From Bacilli bacterium (GTDB lineage Bacteria; Bacillota_I; Bacilli_A; RFN20; CAG-826), in the NCBI GenBank assembly GCA_024408095.1, contig JAKSVI010000004.1:1546-65545 (forward strand): a stretch of DNA of 64,000 nt, in the 5' to 3' direction. A program made the position numbers and the translations under genes. Within the stretch, counting starts at the first letter, position 1. The number at the start of each line of letters is the position of its first letter. Under the pieces are notes generated by a model. It worked only from the letters and a program-made list of their open reading frames with translations. It did no database searches and had not been told where the DNA came from. This document shows, one piece after another, positions 58,906 to 64,000 of the stretch.

Positions 58906-60189
58906 TTATTTCAATATTTCCCAATATCCAGTCTTGTTCGATCCTATTCTTTTAATACGATTTAGTTCTTTTAATTCTTTAATTAATTCGCTAATTCTGC
59001 TTGTTCCAAGGCTCGTTACTTTGCATAATTCATTAGTTGTTATGGATGGTTTACTGATAATGGATTTTAAAACTTTTTCTTGAGATGGATTTAGTCCTGA
59101 AAAATTTGTTTCTCCTCTAGTTAACAAAAATGGGAATTTTAAAATTACGTTTAAATAATTATCGCTTATACAAAATGCCTCATTGCCATAATGCTTTTTA
59201 ATTTCCAAAACTCCATGACCAGTTTGTTCAACCAAGCCAAGTTGTACCATTATTTTTTGAAGACCTCTATTAATCGGGTGACTCACTCCATTAAAAAATT
59301 CTTCTTTCGAATAATCGATTGGCAGACCACCTATAGACACTATTTCTATCCTGTCATCAAAAATATAAATTGCTGGAGGAATCATTCTATCCCATTTACT
59401 ATGCAAACAAGCATTAATCCAGGCTTCTCTTAATGAAGATTCATCAAATAATTTAATTTCTTTCCTGATTGTACCAGACATATCAACCTTTGTTTCGTTG
59501 AATGATAAAGCAAAATCTAATGCGCTATTGAGCGATAAAATTAAGCACTTATATCCAAACTCATTTCGAGAAATAATTTCAGATTTATCAATCCCTTTAA
59601 ATCTAATTACTTTTATTGATACATCATTATTGTCTGCCAACAAATTTGCTAAATAATTGTACTTCCTGGCTTTAGTAAATAATCCTGTATTTTTAGCAAA
59701 ATTATCTTTATTTAGTGTGTATCCTCTTAAAATATATAATTGCCACAATTGACTAAAGGTTAAATCTTGATTAGATGATTCTATTTCAACAATATTATCA
59801 TTTGAATTTTTAAATATTAATTGTCTCATTGTATCTGGATCAACTTTTTTATTTTCATTTCCACTTCTAATAAAATAGTTACCATTTGAAGAATAAGGCG
59901 TATTCGTGCCTGACGCTTCAAGTTTAATGACTATTTTATCTTCATATTGTTCTTCGGTAATTTTTGGAATTAGAGTAGGTTTTATGTGTTCCGCAATTGT
60001 TTGACTAATGTCTTTTAATGTCTTATTTCCTACACTAAGTCCAACAATTGAACCATCATCTTTAACACCAAAGTAAATTGTGCAGGTACCACTTTTATTT
60101 ATCATTGCTACAATAGACTCAAGCGCTCTTGATAATTGACTTAAACTCTCTTTAAATTCGATATGTTCTGATTCTCTTTTAATATTCAT
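58906..60189 (-). CDS. AlbA_2 (Schlafen-like) + HATPase_c_4 + wHTH protein (COG2865 type)
   Basis: 427 aa with an N-terminal ESEHIEFKESL…YFGVKDDGSIVGL AlbA_2 signature, a central …INACLHSKWDRMIPPAIYIFDDRIEIVSIGGLP ATPase-like domain and a C-terminal wHTH. Confidence 0.75.
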   Translation of the reverse strand: MNIKRESEHIEFKESLSQLSRALESIVAMINKSGTCTIYFGVKDDGSIVGLSVGNKTLKDISQTIAEHIKPTLIPKITEEQYEDKIVIKLEASGTNTPYSSNGNYFIRSGNENKKVDPDTMRQLIFKNSNDNIVEIESSNQDLTFSQLWQLYILRGYTLNKDNFAKNTGLFTKARKYNYLANLLADNNDVSIKVIRFKGIDKSEIISRNEFGYKCLILSLNSALDFALSFNETKVDMSGTIRKEIKLFDESSLREAWINACLHSKWDRMIPPAIYIFDDRIEIVSIGGLPIDYSKEEFFNGVSHPINRGLQKIMVQLGLVEQTGHGVLEIKKHYGNEAFCISDNYLNVILKFPFLLTRGETNFSGLNPSQEKVLKSIISKPSITTNELCKVTSLGTSRISELIKELKELNRIKRIGSNKTGYWEILK

Positions 60190-60352
60190 AATTTCGCTCC
60201 TAATAATTTATTCTACACTTATTATACACTTTAATATCCGTTTTATTTTACACCACGTTAAAAAAGAAAAAGAACAATACAAATGTACTGCTCCAATTAA
60301 AATGCGTTTGGTGGACCTGACCGGATTAGTGTTGAACTTCTTATCAAATGAA

Positions 60353-61573
60353 TCATTTAGAAAGCCAATCGCCTAAATCAATAATTCTAATACCTTCAAA
60401 CTGGCTTTCAGGGTGTTTAGTCCGTGCTAATAATATTTTCGGGTAGGCATCTTTAATACTTAAAAGCGGTTTAACTTCTCTTTCAAAAGTTTCTTTTCTA
60501 GATATATCATCACTAACTTGAATATAATATTTATAACCATTTTTAATAGCTACAAAATCTATTTCTTTATCATACAACACGCCAACATAGACTTCGTATC
60601 CTCTTCTTAAAAGTTCTATTGCTACAAGATTTTCATATAACCTTCCGTAATCCATATTTTTTGTACCAATGTTTGCAAATCTAAACGATAAATCAGAAAG
60701 ATAATATTTCTTATCAGATTCTAAAAATTTAGAACCTTTAATGTCGAATCTGGTGAATGGATAAAAAAGGAATGATCTACAAAGATAATCTACATAAGAA
60801 CCAACTGTCTTATGGTTAATTGTATATGAATTAGATGTCAATGCATTTGCTATGTTCCTTAAAGATGTTTTGTTTCCTACATTGTCCATCAAATAATCTG
60901 CAATCATTAACAATAAAGGTTCGTTATCAATCTTAAATCTTTTTACAATATCTTTTGAAATTGTTTTCTTGTAAATTCCATCAATATAGTCATTCGCTAA
61001 TTCTTGTGAATGATATAAGTATGATCCAGCCATTCCACCTTTTTGAACATATTCATCAAAAGAATCTAGTGGATTATTATTTTCAAAATATACATTGAAT
61101 TCTTTAAAAGAAAAAGGATACATTTTTATATCTATGTACCTACCACCAAATAGTGTCGCTAAATCGCTTGAAAGCATAAAAGCATTAGAACCGGACAAAT
61201 AAATATCAAATCTTTCTTCTTCGTATAGACTATTAATAATTCTTTCAAACCCAACACATTCTTGTATTTCATCTATAATTAAATAATTATTAACACCTTC
61301 AACATACTTTTTGTCTATGTATTCATAAAGATTGTTTGGGTTTAACAAAGATTCGAATTTCTTTAAATTTAGTTTAATTCTTATAATATTTTTAATTTCG
61401 GGATCTGAAACCAAAAAATTATAAAAAGAATCTAACAATTTAGATTTTCCACTTCTTCTTACACCTGTAATAATTTTAATATCAGGAATATTTCGTACAC
61501 TAAGAAGTTTATCTAGATATAAATCTCTGTTTATAAGTTTCATATTTCTTAACCTGATTAGATTATAATTCAT
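60353..61573 (-). CDS. AAA+ ATPase of the AAA_14/DUF4143 type (COG1373)
   Basis: 406 aa with Walker A GVRRSGKS, Walker B YLIIDEIQ and a DUF4143-like C-terminal half. Confidence 0.75.
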   Translation of the reverse strand: MNYNLIRLRNMKLINRDLYLDKLLSVRNIPDIKIITGVRRSGKSKLLDSFYNFLVSDPEIKNIIRIKLNLKKFESLLNPNNLYEYIDKKYVEGVNNYLIIDEIQECVGFERIINSLYEEERFDIYLSGSNAFMLSSDLATLFGGRYIDIKMYPFSFKEFNVYFENNNPLDSFDEYVQKGGMAGSYLYHSQELANDYIDGIYKKTISKDIVKRFKIDNEPLLLMIADYLMDNVGNKTSLRNIANALTSNSYTINHKTVGSYVDYLCRSFLFYPFTRFDIKGSKFLESDKKYYLSDLSFRFANIGTKNMDYGRLYENLVAIELLRRGYEVYVGVLYDKEIDFVAIKNGYKYYIQVSDDISRKETFEREVKPLLSIKDAYPKILLARTKHPESQFEGIRIIDLGDWLSK

Positions 61574-61906
61574 TTCCCATTTTTAAACAATTATTATTTT
61601 TGGGAAATAAAAAATTCAATTATATCATTTCAAAAATGTATAGAAAAAACCATTTAATGGATTCTTCTTTAATGTTGATTGTACTTTTCCAATTTCACCG
61701 CTTCTTCATAATATGGTCTGAAGTCAACATCCAGAATCAAATAGTTTCTGAAGAAAGACTGGTTAAATAATTTTCCGTTTTGTACTAATCTTCTCCCAAT
61801 GATACAATTGCAACCCCCTATAGCACTAAAGAGTGCAACCCTCACCCATAATCGTGAAATTATGCAACCCCCCTATTTTGTGAGAAAAAAGCAAGTTTTT
61901 TTATAT

Positions 61907-63346
61907 TTATATGAATAAGTCTTCTAATGTTAACACTTTAGTTATTAAATTTAGTTTCGCCTTATCATTTATACCATATGGTGTAACTAGAATAAGATGA
62001 ATTGCAGACTTAATTGAATTATCTTTTACAAAATCATCTGCTCTTTCTTTCCATTCATCAACTTCATTTTTTGATAAGTTATATTCTGATATTGAATATT
62101 TATCTTCTATGATGTCAATTACATCATCTTTTCTTGCAATAATTAAATCAATTTGCCTGCCTTTAGTATTTCGATTTTTATCTCCCTTTTTTATCCAAGA
62201 ACAAACATCATTGCTTACTGCATAAAAACCGAGAGCCTTTTTTATTTCATTAACATGCTGAAGAACCACTCTTTCAAAAGATAGACCTTTCCAGGTATTA
62301 AGCTTTGGTGTTTGTGACATATTTTGAAAATAACGTTCATCGTTTGGTTTAGAAGCCATGAAATTAAAATAAAATAATGTGAAATTATCTAATAATTGAT
62401 ATAAAGTATCATGGCTTTTTTTGCCAAAACAATGATAACTACGAATAATGCCACAATTTTCTAAATTCTCTAATTTTGAAGAAAAATCACCATTTGAACC
62501 TATTTTACAAATATTAGAAATTTCATCTCTTGTTAAACCTTTTTTCTTTGAAGCGAGTGCTCCTACTATTTTTTTATAATCTCTAGATTCATTAAATAAA
62601 GAATCATATAAGTCATCAAATTCATTCTTTAATTCTGCATTTTCTTCAAAAAATAAATGATCAATATTCATTTCTGGAGTATTGCCACGAATGAATTTGC
62701 TCCAATATAAAGGGACTCCACCAAAAACCATATAACTATCTAATATTTGTTTTTTACTTAAACCTAGGTTATAAGAATTCGAATACTCTTCGCATTCTTT
62801 TAGTGTAAAAGGAGACAGATTGATCGATTTAGTTACTCTATTATGTAAACCACCTTTATTATGAATTACTTTATTTACAATCCAAGATGATGATGAGGCG
62901 CAAACAATTAATGTAACATCTTTTCTTCCGCTCATCCAATCGTTCCAAAAAGATTCAAAAGCAGTTAAAAAGCCACTTTGTGGTGTATCCATCCACGCTA
63001 GTTCATCAAGAAAAACTATTTTCCTTTTGTCTTTAGATTTCTGAATAAAATCATCCAAAAACGAAAAAACTTTTTCCCAGCTTTCAACTTTCTCGTTAAT
63101 CTTCATTCCGTATTTTTTTAAATTATCTACAAAATGTTTAATTTGAGCGACTTTGTTTGAAGATTTAGGGTTTTCTTTATTTGGGGCAAGACCGGCTGTT
63201 TTGAAGGTAAATTTATTATTAAACGCTTCATTAACCAAAAAAGTCTTTCCAATTCTTCTCCTTCCGTAAATGACAATAAAATTAGATCTATCATCATTTA
63301 TTGCATTTCTAAGATAATCTAACTCTTCTTTTCTGCCAACAATCAT
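61907..63346 (-). CDS. AAA ATPase of the archaeal-ATPase/DUF234 type (COG1672)
   Basis: Start trimmed to ATG 63346 (MIVGRKEELDYL…) with GGAGGA upstream. Walker A GRRRIGKT, Walker B IVFLDELAW, and a C-terminal DUF234-like region. Confidence 0.75.
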   Translation of the reverse strand: MIVGRKEELDYLRNAINDDRSNFIVIYGRRRIGKTFLVNEAFNNKFTFKTAGLAPNKENPKSSNKVAQIKHFVDNLKKYGMKINEKVESWEKVFSFLDDFIQKSKDKRKIVFLDELAWMDTPQSGFLTAFESFWNDWMSGRKDVTLIVCASSSSWIVNKVIHNKGGLHNRVTKSINLSPFTLKECEEYSNSYNLGLSKKQILDSYMVFGGVPLYWSKFIRGNTPEMNIDHLFFEENAELKNEFDDLYDSLFNESRDYKKIVGALASKKKGLTRDEISNICKIGSNGDFSSKLENLENCGIIRSYHCFGKKSHDTLYQLLDNFTLFYFNFMASKPNDERYFQNMSQTPKLNTWKGLSFERVVLQHVNEIKKALGFYAVSNDVCSWIKKGDKNRNTKGRQIDLIIARKDDVIDIIEDKYSISEYNLSKNEVDEWKERADDFVKDNSIKSAIHLILVTPYGINDKAKLNLITKVLTLEDLFI

Positions 63347-63369
63347 AGTATCATCCTCCGTGCAAATCA

Positions 63370-63506
63370 GCCAAATGTACATATTTTTTATAACTTTTGG
63401 CGCTTTTGCTTATCCATAATTTATAATTTATGCAGTAAAAATGCAAGAAGATTTTACGCAATTACGCCAAATGTACATATTTTTTATAACTTTTGGCGCT
63501 TTTGCT
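63370..63506. repeat. perfect 41-bp direct repeat (two copies, 55-bp spacer)
   Basis: GCCAAATGTACATATTTTTTATAACTTTTGGCGCTTTTGCT at 63370-63410 and again at 63466-63506, read directly. Each copy contains the dyad GCCAAA-N20-TTTGGC and a TGTACA palindrome. Confidence 0.9.
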
Positions 63507-63658
63507 ATCAAGAAAGTATTTTGAGCAATTTACAAATAGAAAATATTTTCTCAAATTTTGTTTGAATATAAAACTTTCAATTCTATTAAACCCTTTATGA
63601 TTCGGACATTTTTAGCATTTTTGTCCGAATTCCAAGCTACTTATTTAAACTTTTTTTC

Positions 63659-64000
63659 TTATAAATTATTATTTATTTGTTGTCCGTTCTTGAAGAAAAA
63701 TGTAATTGTTTTGTTTCTATTGACCACCGCTTTATCAATCATAAGATTCCATATTCTTGAATCCCAATCTGCAATAACTGTTGGCAGCTTTTTAAAGTTA
63801 GCAATGTAAGTATCAATTGCAGTCTTACGCTGTTCTTGTTCTTTTCTGTTTTTGCACATTGCATTAAGCTCTTCAGCACTGTTACTATATCTAATCTTCA
63901 GAGCATTATATTCTTCAGCTGGTTTGTTTGTTTCAATCATTTCTTTTAGATCTGCAAATAGAGCATCAACTTCGACCTTCTTTTCTGAAATCAACTTATC
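63659..64000 (-). CDS. large serine recombinase, C-terminal end only (gene continues beyond the window)
   Basis: The tail …EEYNALKIRYSNSAEELNAMCKNRKEQEQRKTAIDTYIANFKKLPTVIADWDSRIWNLMIDKAVVNRNKTITFFFKNGQQI has a coiled-coil segment followed by an 'F/WD..LW..L(I/V)DK..V…(I/L).F.FK.G..I' ending. I recognise this from Firmicutes large serine recombinases. The catalytic domain is not in the window. Confidence 0.55.
   Translation of the reverse strand, partial: DKLISEKKVEVDALFADLKEMIETNKPAEEYNALKIRYSNSAEELNAMCKNRKEQEQRKTAIDTYIANFKKLPTVIADWDSRIWNLMIDKAVVNRNKTITFFFKNGQQINNNL

Noticed and set aside
60290-60400. A complete tRNA gene around the tRNA-like 19-mer.
   Set aside because: The complementary 5' acceptor strand and the D and anticodon arms are absent, and the upstream sequence is the 3' end of the AAA_14 coding region. 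Only a 3'-end fragment is present. No other intergenic region in the window looked tRNA-, tmRNA- or rRNA-like.
61669-61800. Open frame without a start codon on the minus strand in the 333-bp spacer (…IIGRRLVQNGKLFNQSFFRNYLILDVDFRPYYEEAVKLEKYNQH*). It could be the C-terminal remnant of a disrupted gene.
   Set aside because: There is no Met or alternative start with an SD. The upstream part of the frame runs through the TGCAACCC repeats and reads as junk, and I cannot assign a family. It is worth a BLASTX but cannot be supported as a pseudogene from sequence alone.
63370-63506. CRISPR array or tandem-repeat locus.
   Set aside because: There are only two repeat copies, no cas genes in the window, and the repeat is 41 bp with a single 55-bp spacer. 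I saw nothing array-like anywhere in the window.

Overview
AT-rich (about 30% GC by eye, not computed) bacterial chromosome segment that reads cleanly with the standard genetic code. Every exported protein is a lipoprotein or membrane-anchored and none has an LPXTG anchor. Together with the gene content, this fits a low-GC Bacillota/Mycoplasmatota-type organism (Erysipelotrichia- or Acholeplasma-like), but the taxon cannot be fixed without a database search. The window has four blocks. (1) 1-21.8 kb is conserved core, mostly on the minus strand: rpoC, rpoB, a YbxB/RsmC-like methyltransferase, rplL, rplJ, rplA, rplK, then an opposite-strand ktrBA pair that splits the usual nusG-rplK linkage. 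It continues with nusG, secE, rpmG (found by hand, absent from the ORF track), a CobB sirtuin, a FolT-like/FolC pair, smpB, a CarD-like regulator and a translationally coupled CofE-like ligase/FAD-protein pair. (2) 21.8-23.2 kb is one ISLre2-like insertion sequence with ~30-bp imperfect terminal inverted repeats, sitting at the core/accessory junction. (3) 23.4-57.6 kb is a ~34-kb, 20-gene glycan capture and degradation locus. It holds one sugar ABC importer, GH43, GH36-like and GH2 enzymes, an SGNH esterase fusion, a LamG-metallophosphoesterase fusion, a GLUG-repeat adhesin-like protein and many large exported proteins built from one repeated ConA-like module. Its regulators are an AraC protein and an ArsR-type wHTH protein with an uncharacterised C-terminal domain. 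(4) 57.7-64 kb is a defence/mobile-island-like run of a Fic-wHTH protein and three orphan ATPase/wHTH proteins separated by repeat-rich spacers. It ends in the 3' end of a large serine recombinase gene at the window edge. Main hunt results: an 18-bp palindrome ATTCGA-N6-TCGAAT present in exactly the three promoter regions of the glycan locus (candidate regulon of the ArsR-like regulator); a G9 homopolymer inside the first gene of the largest operon (candidate phase-variation switch); locus-wide expansion of one beta-sandwich module; and several conserved repeats, a 41-bp perfect direct repeat and a tRNA-3'-end-like 19-mer in the right-hand island. No rRNA gene, complete tRNA gene or CRISPR array was found. 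All family calls are by motif recognition only; no searches were run.
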